A DNA stretch of 64,000 bases from a virus (taxonomy: Duplodnaviria; Caudoviricetes): the IMG/VR virus record IMGVR_UViG_3300035208_003026, positions 144,981-208,980 of that record; one strand, given 5' to 3'. The position numbers and the translations under genes are program-made. Below, piece after piece: positions 31,301 to 40,145 of this stretch (the stretch's first letter is position 1; every line of letters begins with the position of its first letter). The notes beneath the pieces were generated by a model. It worked only from the letters and a program-made list of their open reading frames with translations. It did not search any database and had not been told where the DNA came from.

Positions 31301-33242
31301 CATCATATCTGGTTTAACTGATCCGACTGGTGCTGGTTACGGCGATGGGCTACACCCTAGTGCCACAGGCGCGGCGCTACTCGCGGCTGCCCTGGTCCCA
31401 GAAATCCAAGTTGTTCAATTACTACTCGGATTGCAGGATATTTATGGGGATAGCCTAGTAGCATTCTGGCATGGCAATGACATGCAAGTTATTTCAACTA
31501 TTAATGTTGCTAGCGTGACTGGTAGGATTGATAGCAATGTAACTAATCTTGATGATACTGTGTATCTTAATACTGGAACCGTAGGCGGGCGAAAAGCTTG
31601 GGGTGCTGATTCGTCAGGAACAAAGGTATTAAGATCTTTAAGTGTTCCTGCATATAAATCAGTCGTAGCTGTCGCTACATCTCCCGCATTACCATTTACT
31701 ACTTGGCAAGATTTAGTACGTTCAACGACATACTTGATAGAAGGTTATAACGGTCAAAGCAATCTCAGGCAGCCTGCTAACCAGACTATCTATGTAGACG
31801 GCAATAATACGTTAGATATGGCTTCGGGCACTCATATATTGGAGGCTTCTGGTGCGATCGATTATACTAGGATTGACCTAGGCGGTAATGATGGGGGCGG
31901 GACTTGGCTTTCGTATACTGGGTTAGTGTATTGTTTAAACGCTCAGCAGACAGAGGCCCAAAGAGAAGCAGCCAACGCTCTTCTAAGGGATCATTTCTCA
32001 ATACCACCGGGGTCCGCTTGGTTAGCTAACCAAATAGCACTTCTCATTCCTACAGGGATCACTACCCTATGTATTGGAGATGATGTTGTAGTTTCAGGGG
32101 GTGAGATTAATGAATGGGCTAATAGGACTGGCTCGAATATCACCCCTGTATCTACTGCTAAAGCCTCGGTCATTACGGTAAATGGCCGCAAGGGAGGGCT
32201 ATTCTCAACCAATGCCGCTGCCATGGGTTACGGATTAGCAACCGGTCAATTAACCCAAATAGCCGTTGCGCGGTGGGATGATACATTAACACTACCAGGC
32301 TATTGCGGTTTGATTGGTGGTCAAAACGCCACTTCAGGAAGGTTAATTACCGATGTTGGAGTTCCTCATCTTTACAATAGTGCAGGGGAGATTATCTATC
32401 GTGATGGTCGTCTCGGGGACACGATTGATAATGAGATTCATATCTGGGAATCTAACTCTGCCACGAGCAACACTTCATCGAGGCAACTAGGTTGTGGTGA
32501 TTCTACTCCCGCGGGTAACTGGCGCGGTCCGATATTCTTTGTACTTCAAGCAAGTATCCAACTTAGTACAGAACAAAGATCGGGCTTAGTTGAGTTGCTT
32601 CGTCAATATTACGGACTTGAAGACAGAGCCCAGAAGCTAAGTGCTTTGGTCTCCAATTTGACTGCTATTTATGGTTCAGACTTAACAGAGATTTGGGTCG
32701 GTGATGCTGTTCAATTCGACGTCGCTACTAGAGCGGCGGCTTGGCCAGGGAGTAAAAATAGCCTTCCTCTTAATTATCAAGGGTCGTATTTTGGAGAGTC
32801 GATAGTAAATGGTAGAGTCGGAATTTTAGCACCCGATACCACTACTAGGTGGCTGGAAAACCCTACATCCACAGCCCCAAAATCTATTGTAGCCGTCGCC
32901 GTTGCTCCTACAATACCAGTAACAGCCCAGTGTAACCTGGCAATGGCATGGGGTACATCTGGTACCGATGCGTCTATATTCGTGGCGACAGACGGAACTT
33001 GGAGTGCTTCGGGCTGGACCCACTATTGTGATGGTTATGCGTCTGCAGATCCGGGTGTTGGGCTTCATGTTTACCAGGCCGATAAGGCTACAAATACTAC
33101 CCCCGGCGTGAGAGTTGGCGGCCTAGGCGGTACCGTACCTTATCCAGCTGATATCCTAACTGTAATGAGTCTCTCAGTCGTTCCTACGGATGAGCAACGG
33201 GCGGCGCACACAGCATTGCTTGAAGAGTATTATTCTATATAA
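28347..33242 (+). CDS. Tail fibre/virion appendage protein with internal repeats, SGNH esterase and repeated lectin-like domains
   Basis: N-terminal VNRQRESILAIEAELG..P.G...TVRARLD anchor; STDNAIARF repeats; SGNH blocks GDSI, GISG, GIND, DGLHP; three C-terminal units ending in QR....LL..Y/HY/F. Confidence 0.75.
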   Translation: MVLPYVNPDGVNPSFVYTRYPCDFDDPRPTDTRGLPVTVDNKTPVKAEVVNRQRESILAIEAELGIQPSGTFTTVRARLDALDSLIWESDGYVEGPSSSTYNAIARFEDSTGKLIQNSVVTISDTGDIQGATIDGYNIPDIAYDVANINLTSLNDVNGITSPLDGYYLRGNGSYWQGRVFSNDVLSLADVKGASSSTDNAIARFNLTTGKLIQNSLVTISDTGIIDGVNSVSLNLLPNGSYPSWQEGLIFYDSTNHTLVAYNDQSDVTQQIGQEFYLRIVNKTGVIIPNGSVVYVNGAQENRPTVALAQANDPVKVLATGIATHDIAINQEGLITIKGTVNGIDTRAFTAGDFLYVSPSVAGGLTNIKPLGQHYVWFVGVALNSTVNGSVVVSTQGPINLTSLHDVNGISSALDGYYLRGDGTIWEGREFSSDVLELADVKGPVSSTDNAIARFDLSTGKLIQNSVVTISDTGNIQGATIDGYNIPDIVYDVAYNVTYRDSLHVAGRAELPQVAQARVGSHVTCGNLGDEFVAIAANTYPIDKEFVIASIASPGVQWVWRNPETGRLGFDPSESLKWVCALSAERILLRHNAGTITDAIVDGGWAASTGEQLTAGYGGTPTLSESLYGGKPGLSFDTSSWIKFVLPDRCHPDANWGYLCSTQLTDDALTANHNVLDVDSGATDTDTYRLGIYDASEMFHVMVTDSTTRFNSVANDELYMAPIRGPSLLNEHRQTFGFFSDTGYTTYCNCRPGYTKSKIVTTYIGDTAPVVYINVQANGANIGSQVFNRIDFFNGYPGDLYLRNYDRYVNAGLPDIRVICIGDSITWGAGLSNEQSWPVLLSSDSSIAAGFDSNGVTAHYNVENLGISGWQTGNVIQALSSRIGPFVPFEGRVRNGRTITIVLIGINDVIVTPAGTDIGERAAEISDRIYEICDRLTPQGAYVILQTLLPATSAWLDTDKQSIRTSINNTIINSGTNHADSVFQSHIISGLTDPTGAGYGDGLHPSATGAALLAAALVPEIQVVQLLLGLQDIYGDSLVAFWHGNDMQVISTINVASVTGRIDSNVTNLDDTVYLNTGTVGGRKAWGADSSGTKVLRSLSVPAYKSVVAVATSPALPFTTWQDLVRSTTYLIEGYNGQSNLRQPANQTIYVDGNNTLDMASGTHILEASGAIDYTRIDLGGNDGGGTWLSYTGLVYCLNAQQTEAQREAANALLRDHFSIPPGSAWLANQIALLIPTGITTLCIGDDVVVSGGEINEWANRTGSNITPVSTAKASVITVNGRKGGLFSTNAAAMGYGLATGQLTQIAVARWDDTLTLPGYCGLIGGQNATSGRLITDVGVPHLYNSAGEIIYRDGRLGDTIDNEIHIWESNSATSNTSSRQLGCGDSTPAGNWRGPIFFVLQASIQLSTEQRSGLVELLRQYYGLEDRAQKLSALVSNLTAIYGSDLTEIWVGDAVQFDVATRAAAWPGSKNSLPLNYQGSYFGESIVNGRVGILAPDTTTRWLENPTSTAPKSIVAVAVAPTIPVTAQCNLAMAWGTSGTDASIFVATDGTWSASGWTHYCDGYASADPGVGLHVYQADKATNTTPGVRVGGLGGTVPYPADILTVMSLSVVPTDEQRAAHTALLEEYYSI
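28629..29825 (+). repeat. Intragenic direct repeats A-B-A'-X-B'-A''
   Basis: A 28629-28784 and A'' 29670-29825 (156 bp each); B 28788-28919 and B' 29538-29669 (132 bp each); partial A' from 28920; shared run ACAGGAAAATTAATTCAGAATTCT in all three A copies. Confidence 0.9.
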
Positions 33243-33452
33243 TACTTTAGTGGTTATATTATCTAAAATGGATATTTTAAGAATGTTAATGACTAAAAAC
33301 GATTCTTGTAAAAATTAATGAGAATGATATCTTTTTAGGCTATATAGTAGCAGTAATTATATTCAAAGACAGATAGGTAAAATGTTCGATATATCCCAGA
33401 GTTAAGTTTGGAAAATTCTTCATGGAAAAAGATGGACGTTTATGGAGGTAAT

Positions 33453-34733
33453 TTGACTTCTTGGGATATTGGAATTATTGGGGCTGGTGTTGCTGGAGTA
33501 TTTGCAGCTCTCCGTTTAGCAGAGAAACATAGACATTTAAAAGTTGTTGTCTTTGAGTTTGGGCCTCCACCACCAAATTGTCTACGGCAGGATCCTATTC
33601 ATATAAAGCGTCGCCGAAGACAATTAGAAGGTTGGCTTGGATGTTTCCCAACTGGTGATGGAAAGATTTATTTAGATGATGATACTCAAAAAGTATCAGA
33701 GATTGTAGATGGACGACGCGTTCGGCCGATTAAAGATTGGTTTGCCGAACAATTGGGTGAGGTAAATACATCCAAAATCATTAAACCAAAACAACCATCT
33801 CTTAACATAAAAAAGGCTATACAGGATAAGGGATTTGATCTTAATGTTCATTCATATGAACAATGGGTACCAGATCAGATTCATCAATTATCCAAGATTT
33901 CTGCTGAAAAAATCGAAGCTGCAGGTAATGTGTTTTTAAGTTTCGATACTGAAGTTTATAGCTTTTTAAAGAATGGGAAGAAATTTAGTGTTAATACATC
34001 TCAGGGTGATTTCAGTTGTAAGAAATTGATCATGAGTGTTGGGCGCACTGGTTGGAGATGGGTTAACTCTCAGTATAAAAATCTTGGACTTCTATCAGAA
34101 GAACGCGGAATGGTGAAATATGGTGTTCGAGTTGAAATGCCATCAAGCGCTCTTAAAGACTTTAACAAATCTCATTGTTCATTAATTCGAAGTGATTTAG
34201 AAATTGGGCCTTTAAGCTGGATGGGTTCAATCATTCAAGAAGATCATGAGGGTGTAACACTTGCTGCTTTTAGGTCTAATGAAGACCGTTGGAAGAGTGA
34301 TAAAGTTTTCTTCTCTGTACAGAAAAATATTCCATTTTCTGAGGCTTCAATACCATTAAGAGGCATTATTCCAACTGATGTTAAGAGTTATGTAGATAGA
34401 ATAGCTCAGCTATCTCATTGTCTTTCTGGTGAGCGTGTTGGAAGAGAGAAGATCACAAACTTCTCAAAAGGTCTTGGTGATTTGGCATTAATGCCTGAGT
34501 ATGGTTGGGTAACATCAACTCTTAAAGAGATAGAATCGATCTTTCCTAATTTGATTGGTCGAGGGTATTTTCACGTTCCAGACATTGATACAAATATAAG
34601 TACTATCAATATAGCAAATAACCTAGAGACAGAAATTGATGGTTTGTTTGTTGCTGGTGAGAGTGCTGGTATTAAGGGAATAGCAGCTGCCGGTATAACT
34701 GGAGCTTGTGCTGCCGAAGGAGCCGCGAAATGA
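33453..34733 (+). CDS. FAD-dependent oxidoreductase
   Basis: IGIIGAGVAGVFAA Rossmann motif, DGK, SVGRTG, GLFVAGESAG; TTG start after GGAGG. Confidence 0.8.
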   Translation: MTSWDIGIIGAGVAGVFAALRLAEKHRHLKVVVFEFGPPPPNCLRQDPIHIKRRRRQLEGWLGCFPTGDGKIYLDDDTQKVSEIVDGRRVRPIKDWFAEQLGEVNTSKIIKPKQPSLNIKKAIQDKGFDLNVHSYEQWVPDQIHQLSKISAEKIEAAGNVFLSFDTEVYSFLKNGKKFSVNTSQGDFSCKKLIMSVGRTGWRWVNSQYKNLGLLSEERGMVKYGVRVEMPSSALKDFNKSHCSLIRSDLEIGPLSWMGSIIQEDHEGVTLAAFRSNEDRWKSDKVFFSVQKNIPFSEASIPLRGIIPTDVKSYVDRIAQLSHCLSGERVGREKITNFSKGLGDLALMPEYGWVTSTLKEIESIFPNLIGRGYFHVPDIDTNISTINIANNLETEIDGLFVAGESAGIKGIAAAGITGACAAEGAAK

Positions 34734-35122
34734 TGGTAAAAGCAAACTCTGGAAATACAACATCTAACTCATATAGTTCTGGTCATGATAATTACGACAA
34801 ATATAAAGATCATGATCAATTTGTATATGACGAGAATAGTTCTGGAAAGTCTTTTATAAAGCAAGATTCGGAACTGTATAATGAAGAAGAAGCTGCAATT
34901 CCAGGATCATCTGTTCGTGTAAAGTGTACTAATACTGATTGGAAGATTTACATAAACGGAGTTGAAGTCTTAGTTTTGAAGGAATCTAGATTCACGGCAA
35001 AGGAACGTGATTGGCTTCAAACTACTCAAGGTTTCTTATTTTTGCTTAATGGGGCTAAGCAGGGTTGGAATTCCGTCTCTGAATTCAAGAGACAAATCAA
35101 AGACAGACCAGAGGTTCAATGA
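34730..35122 (+). CDS. Hypothetical protein
   Basis: AAGGAG RBS, ATGA overlap. Confidence 0.6.
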   Translation: MMVKANSGNTTSNSYSSGHDNYDKYKDHDQFVYDENSSGKSFIKQDSELYNEEEAAIPGSSVRVKCTNTDWKIYINGVEVLVLKESRFTAKERDWLQTTQGFLFLLNGAKQGWNSVSEFKRQIKDRPEVQ

Positions 35123-35307
35123 TTATTTTCCACAGCACAAAAAGAATACAAGATCAAGCGTTTATGATTTTTACAAACGAAGATGGTGCTATGATTCAGA
35201 TTCCGGTAGATGATAAAACCCAATCCGTGTTTTTACATCATTTTGATCGTCTATCTCATGGAATGAAACCGGTCGAGGATGACTCTAGGGAAGCCTCACA
35301 TAAGTGA
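35119..35307 (+). CDS. Hypothetical protein
   Basis: GAGG RBS, ATGA overlap. Confidence 0.55.
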   Translation: MIIFHSTKRIQDQAFMIFTNEDGAMIQIPVDDKTQSVFLHHFDRLSHGMKPVEDDSREASHK

Positions 35308-35322
35308 AGGAGTCCTCTTTTT

Positions 35323-35967
35323 ATGAGTTATGTTCAGTATGTAATCGACATAGAATCTACAGGGCTAGACCCTATTAAGAATGATATTATAGAAGTTTGT
35401 TTTTGGCGTCTTGGAGATGCTGAAAGTAAGACTTGGTGGTTGACACCTTTGTCTCCAGAGAATATCGAAGAGGAAGCTTTGCAGATAAATAAACATCTCA
35501 GAGAAGATATTCTTCACCAAACAAAAGAAGGAAGAGAAAAATACAGACATCCATCTGAAGTTCTTCCTGAGATTGAAATGTGGCTAATGGAAGATGGAGC
35601 AGCCGCAGAAGAGCGTGTGTTCATTGGTCAGAACCCAATGTTCGATTACGAGTTCCTTCTTGCTCTTTGGCGCAAAATGAAGGTAGAAAAGGAGTTCCCG
35701 TTTGGTTATTGGATTCCTAACCGTGATGGTACAGAGCGTAACCAAGGCTACATCATAGATACCATGCAACTCGCTCGATTCATTGATGTATGCACCGGAA
35801 AGAAGCGTGCTCGTTATGGTCTTGGAGCCTTGGTTAAAGACTTTGGCGTGACCAAATCAACAGCTCACAGAGCTGATGGTGACGTTAAAATGACTAAAGA
35901 ACTGTATGAGAAAATGATTGGGGTTCTTAGAGATCCAATCATTGGAGCTTTTAACGAAACTTACTGA
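35323..35967 (+). CDS. DEDDh 3'-5' exonuclease (DnaQ-like)
   Basis: IDIESTG, GQNPMFD, IDT, AHRADGD. Confidence 0.9.
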   Translation: MSYVQYVIDIESTGLDPIKNDIIEVCFWRLGDAESKTWWLTPLSPENIEEEALQINKHLREDILHQTKEGREKYRHPSEVLPEIEMWLMEDGAAAEERVFIGQNPMFDYEFLLALWRKMKVEKEFPFGYWIPNRDGTERNQGYIIDTMQLARFIDVCTGKKRARYGLGALVKDFGVTKSTAHRADGDVKMTKELYEKMIGVLRDPIIGAFNETY

Positions 35968-35970
35968 TAT

Positions 35971-36094
35971 TGTGCAAAGAAAGCTCCACTGCTTTAGCCG
36001 TTTGAATAAATTCGGTATGGAACACACGAATTAAAAAGCCTTGAGAACGTAAGTTCAATAGGAAGCCCCTATTCTTTAGATTGGGGTAGTTCAC
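35971..36094 (+). mobile_element. Internally deleted IS200/IS605-family element (left-end hairpin fragment plus TnpB omegaRNA-like right end)
   Basis: AAGCTCCACTGCTTTAGCCGT left-end-like fragment; 36008-36094 near-identical to reverse complement of 63898-63985; ends GAAGCCCC...GGGGTAGTTCAC; left boundary approximate. Confidence 0.75.
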
Positions 36095-36106
36095 AACGAG
36101 AAGTAA

Positions 36107-36481
36107 ATGTTATCTAGCATTGGCATTTTCAGGTACACTCCAGAGAAATTGTACATTGAGGTTGATCCTGGTATTGCTGATTACTATAGAAGTTTAATAC
36201 CCAAATACTTCAAAGTACATACAACTCGATATGCTCCACATATCTCTGTTGTACGAGAAGAGAATCCCAATAATAAGTGGGGTTTGTATAATGGTGCTCA
36301 GTTTGTCTTTGAATATGATTCATACATACACAACGATGGAGGTGTGTATTGGTGGTTGAATGTTCGAAGTAAGATTCTGAGCAACCTTCGTGTTGAGCTT
36401 GGATTACCAAGATGGTCTAAGTTGTCAAGACCACCAGATGGATCTGATAACTTTCACATTACAATAGGTAATACTAAATAA
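36107..36481 (+). CDS. 2H phosphoesterase family protein
   Basis: Two HxS/T motifs: PHISVV and FHITIG. Confidence 0.75.
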   Translation: MLSSIGIFRYTPEKLYIEVDPGIADYYRSLIPKYFKVHTTRYAPHISVVREENPNNKWGLYNGAQFVFEYDSYIHNDGGVYWWLNVRSKILSNLRVELGLPRWSKLSRPPDGSDNFHITIGNTK

Positions 36482-36723
36482 TGAATGTAAGAATTGGAAA
36501 GAATCAAGAGATTTTTAAAGAGAACGGCGAAGTATCTTTTTCAGCCTCTGATAAATTAACATCTTTGGTGTATGAAATTCTTAGAGATGTTGCACCTTCA
36601 GGTGCGGTAGAAGGAAAACTTCGTCAGGTTGAAGAAGAATCAATTGATGGTGAAATTACATACACCAACGGTTGGTTGGCTAAGTATGCAAAACACTTAG
36701 CTGATAGAATTCGAAAACTATGA
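36481..36723 (+). CDS. Phage hypothetical protein
   Basis: Coupled ORF; YEILRD...YTNGWLAKYA. Confidence 0.65.
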   Translation: MNVRIGKNQEIFKENGEVSFSASDKLTSLVYEILRDVAPSGAVEGKLRQVEEESIDGEITYTNGWLAKYAKHLADRIRKL

Positions 36724-37574
36724 AGATACTTATTGGTTCTGGCAACTTTTCCGGCTCTAATCTTATGGTATCAAGGTGGCTGGAAAACATGCCACAGCAT
36801 GAGTTTAAAGTAGCCGCATGGTACCGGAACCATAAGTATCTTAATACTATCGATTGGTGTATCGATTGTCTTCAAGATACTCGTGTTGGAGAATTGAACT
36901 ATTTTGATGAACGTTTTGGTATTCAAGGGCCTTGTGTAAATCATGATTTAGCTGATGAAATCATTGATGATTTACTACTTTGGAGCCCAGACTTAGTGAT
37001 TTCTGATTGCGATTCGTTTACTGTAGCTTTGTCTAAAGTTCTCGGAATACCTTTATGGTATTGTTCGGGAATGTTGCAAATGATCGGTATCGAACATGAT
37101 CGTAAAGAAATACAAACTAAAAAATGGGATAGAATAAAGAGATACCTTGAGACGTTGCCTAAGGGAGACGCTTACCTAGTGTATTCTCCTTTATGTGACA
37201 TTTCTTCACGTCCATTTTTAAAGAATGGTTTTGAGTGGATTCGACCGTACTCGATAACACCTCAGGAAGACACTGAGTTTTCAGATATTCGGAAGGCATT
37301 ACCTGAGAAAGCCTTATTGAGTACTGGTGAGACATCTCTGGTATCGGATTGCGTGTATTCTGGAAGAACCACATTCATTTGTCCAGATCCGAATGATCCT
37401 GAACAGGTTCTAAATGCTCAGCTATTGGAATGGTATGGGTGCGGTCGAAACATTGGAAGGCCGCAAAGCATTGAGTTTGTAAAACGAATAACTCAAGGAT
37501 ACAACCAAAGCCCTGTGCTTTCTATTCAGAAATGGAAGCAACTAGACGAAAGATTGGAAGAATTCAAGAGTTGA
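36720..37574 (+). CDS. Degenerate GT-B glycosyltransferase-like protein
   Basis: PDLVISDCD, TGETSLVSDC, EQVLNAQLL resemble GT28/MJ1255-type motifs. Confidence 0.55.
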   Translation: MKILIGSGNFSGSNLMVSRWLENMPQHEFKVAAWYRNHKYLNTIDWCIDCLQDTRVGELNYFDERFGIQGPCVNHDLADEIIDDLLLWSPDLVISDCDSFTVALSKVLGIPLWYCSGMLQMIGIEHDRKEIQTKKWDRIKRYLETLPKGDAYLVYSPLCDISSRPFLKNGFEWIRPYSITPQEDTEFSDIRKALPEKALLSTGETSLVSDCVYSGRTTFICPDPNDPEQVLNAQLLEWYGCGRNIGRPQSIEFVKRITQGYNQSPVLSIQKWKQLDERLEEFKS

Positions 37575-37619
37575 AAGTTTTGTCTTGCAAACTTGATCTT
37601 GATGTGGTAGGTTCGATGT

Positions 37620-38222
37620 ATGAACAGAGTTGCTTTTGACATTGGAAATGTTCTATGCCATGTGGATATCGGTGTTCTTTTCAAAACCCTGTTGGATTTA
37701 TCTGTTGTAGAGTCCGAAAAACAGGCACATGAATTCATGGATTCAATTCATGAACAACAAGACATCGGAGCATGTAATCTCAAACAAGGATTAGTTAGAG
37801 CCAATCCTCTGTTAAGCGAGGATGTAATAAAGAAATTACACGAAGTGTGGATTGATATCGCTCGTCCATCAGATGTAATGTTGAGTCTTGTTGAGGAGTT
37901 GATAGACAAACATGGATATGAAGTTTCGTTACTATCAAATATAGGACTTGATCATTCTGATATGTTGCGTCAGAAGTGTCCAGTTTTCAAGAGATGTAAT
38001 CAGCACTTCTCTTGTGATATTGGAATAAGTAAACCGTCAAAGAAATTCTATGAAAGCTTTATATCTAGATATGGATGGGATAGTAATGTATTGTTCTTTG
38101 ATGATCGATTAGAGAATGTTCAAGCAGCGAATGGTTATCTTACAGGCGTTTTGTTTGACGTTGAGAAGTATGATTCTGATGAGCTTGCTGCGCAAGCAAT
38201 GCGTAAGCATCTTATTTTGTAG
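37620..38222 (+). CDS. HAD-superfamily phosphatase (YihX-like)
   Basis: FDIGNVL, LLSN, SCDIGISKP, FFDDRLENV. Confidence 0.85.
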   Translation: MNRVAFDIGNVLCHVDIGVLFKTLLDLSVVESEKQAHEFMDSIHEQQDIGACNLKQGLVRANPLLSEDVIKKLHEVWIDIARPSDVMLSLVEELIDKHGYEVSLLSNIGLDHSDMLRQKCPVFKRCNQHFSCDIGISKPSKKFYESFISRYGWDSNVLFFDDRLENVQAANGYLTGVLFDVEKYDSDELAAQAMRKHLIL

Positions 38223-38260
38223 GATATATTCTCTAGTGGTGATTAAGCCATTGGAGAATT

Positions 38261-38446
38261 ATGTCTGGAATAACACATCACAAAACGTTAACGGCACAAG
38301 AGGCTCTTGAATATATCGCATTTGCTGTTTGGCAAAGAGATCTACCTGATGGTTTTGATGGTCAGATTACATGCGAATTGAATGATGATGGTTCGGTCGA
38401 GGTGTATGCAGTTGACCAAGACTCGGATATTCAGCCATTGAATTGA
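38261..38446 (+). CDS. Hypothetical protein
   Basis: GGAG RBS; 61 aa. Confidence 0.55.
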   Translation: MSGITHHKTLTAQEALEYIAFAVWQRDLPDGFDGQITCELNDDGSVEVYAVDQDSDIQPLN

Positions 38447-38497
38447 CCATGATAATATCTTGAAGTTGGGAGTTGCTTCTGTCGAAACTTCAAGTTA

Positions 38498-38689
38498 GTG
38501 GATCATGATGAAGTAAAGAGACAAGTTATTTTTCTGGCAAGAGAGGGTTTTCTATTGCCAGACTATCCGGAGTGTGGTAACATCTTCACCTCGATAGCGA
38601 AGCTTTGGCTAGCAAGTGTGATACTTGCGGCAAAAGATCTCCAAATAGAAGCATATTTTCCCACAGGTATAAACAATGGCAAAAGTTAA
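38498..38689 (+). CDS. Hypothetical protein
   Basis: 63 aa ORF filling the gap; start uncertain. Confidence 0.35.
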   Translation: MDHDEVKRQVIFLAREGFLLPDYPECGNIFTSIAKLWLASVILAAKDLQIEAYFPTGINNGKS

Positions 38690-40139
38690 AACTGATAAGC
38701 TTCCTGCATTCACTGATTATGAAGTTCCTGTTGGCTGGATTTTGGAGCTTAACTTTTTTGATATGACTGGTGAAAAAGCTGGGACACGTGGTACGTCATC
38801 AAAGATGTATCATATGGAACTTCAAATTGCTAAGGATGGTAGGTGTCAGCTTTTTACACAGTATGGACCTACTGGTAAAATACAAGCTTCTGAGTATCGA
38901 AATTTTGGAGTTGATCGTACTGCCGCTGAAGCAGAATTTAATTCCATTAAGAAGTCAAAACTCAAAAAGGGGTATGTTGAAATTGATGTAGCTCAGCGAG
39001 TTATTGGGTCTGATCAAGCTAAGAAGCATGTTAAGGTAGTATCTTTTAAGAATGATAATGGTATTGTAGATTCAATTCAAAAGCCCAATCTACATGTAGA
39101 AACTTCTAGGATTATTTCTACTTTGATGGGAGCAACTAATAAGTGGGTTATTCAAACGCTTAAATGTCCTCTTGGCCAATTAACAAATGATCAGGTTGAT
39201 AAAGGGCGTCAATGTTTAGTAAATGCCAAACAGATTGTTTCATCATCTAAAGATACTAAAGAGTTATTAGATATTACTAATCAATTCTATGGACTAATTC
39301 CACACAACCTCGGATCTGGGGCTCGTGGTCAAATGTCTCATCTACTTCTTGATACAATTGAAAAAATTGATCAGAAGGAATATGATTTAGATACATTGTT
39401 AGATGCTAAAGCTATTGGAGCTACACTTGGTAGTGATTCTACTTATGATCAGTATAAATCACTAGATACTGAATTTGTTTTTATTAATCATACAGATCCT
39501 AGATTTCTATGGTTAGATAAACTAATTCAAGATACCAAAGCATCTAACCATAAGCATCTTGGAAAGATTGTTTTACTGAATGCTTGGGATATTCAACGCA
39601 ATAACGAGAGAGATCAATTTCTTATTAGAGCAAAACAGATTGCATCTCAATGTGGAAAACAAGTAATTCCAGATCAAATGTCTATAGTTACCAAACGAAC
39701 TGATGTATACGATAAAACTCTTTTCGAAAATGCAAATATAATTCCTTTATTTCATGGAACTCGTACTCAAAACCTTACAGGAATTCTTAAACAGGGTATG
39801 TTGATCCGTCCATCTGGTGTTGTTATTAGCGGAAATATGTACGGAAATGCACTCTATAATGGAAAGTCGAGTAAAGCTATAAACTATACTGATATTAGAT
39901 CATCATATTGGGCTAATGGAAATGATGATAAAGCATTTTTGTTTGTATCAGATTGCGCATTAGGAAATCAGTTTATAGCAAAATCATCTGGACAATATAC
40001 ATTAAAGTCTATTGAACCATATCATTCTGTGTGGGCTAAAGGTGGGCAGAGTGGTGTGATTAATGATGAGATGATGTTGTACAGAACAGATCAGCATAAC
40101 ATTAGATATTTGTTGGAGTTTACTTGTCTACAAAATTAA
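38676..40139 (+). CDS. WGR-domain poly(ADP-ribose) polymerase-like ADP-ribosyltransferase
   Basis: WGR-like TQYGPTG...KLKKGY; helical domain PLGQL...NQFYGLIPH; catalytic LFHGTR, MYGNALY, SKAINY, NDEMMLY (H-Y-E). Confidence 0.9.
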   Translation: MAKVKTDKLPAFTDYEVPVGWILELNFFDMTGEKAGTRGTSSKMYHMELQIAKDGRCQLFTQYGPTGKIQASEYRNFGVDRTAAEAEFNSIKKSKLKKGYVEIDVAQRVIGSDQAKKHVKVVSFKNDNGIVDSIQKPNLHVETSRIISTLMGATNKWVIQTLKCPLGQLTNDQVDKGRQCLVNAKQIVSSSKDTKELLDITNQFYGLIPHNLGSGARGQMSHLLLDTIEKIDQKEYDLDTLLDAKAIGATLGSDSTYDQYKSLDTEFVFINHTDPRFLWLDKLIQDTKASNHKHLGKIVLLNAWDIQRNNERDQFLIRAKQIASQCGKQVIPDQMSIVTKRTDVYDKTLFENANIIPLFHGTRTQNLTGILKQGMLIRPSGVVISGNMYGNALYNGKSSKAINYTDIRSSYWANGNDDKAFLFVSDCALGNQFIAKSSGQYTLKSIEPYHSVWAKGGQSGVINDEMMLYRTDQHNIRYLLEFTCLQN

Positions 40140-40145
40140 CAATAA

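Noticed and set aside
35967-35974. ATATTGTG at the remnant's left edge equals the first 8 nt of the predicted guide at 63897
   Set aside because: An 8-nt AT-rich match is expected by chance, and the match stops there.
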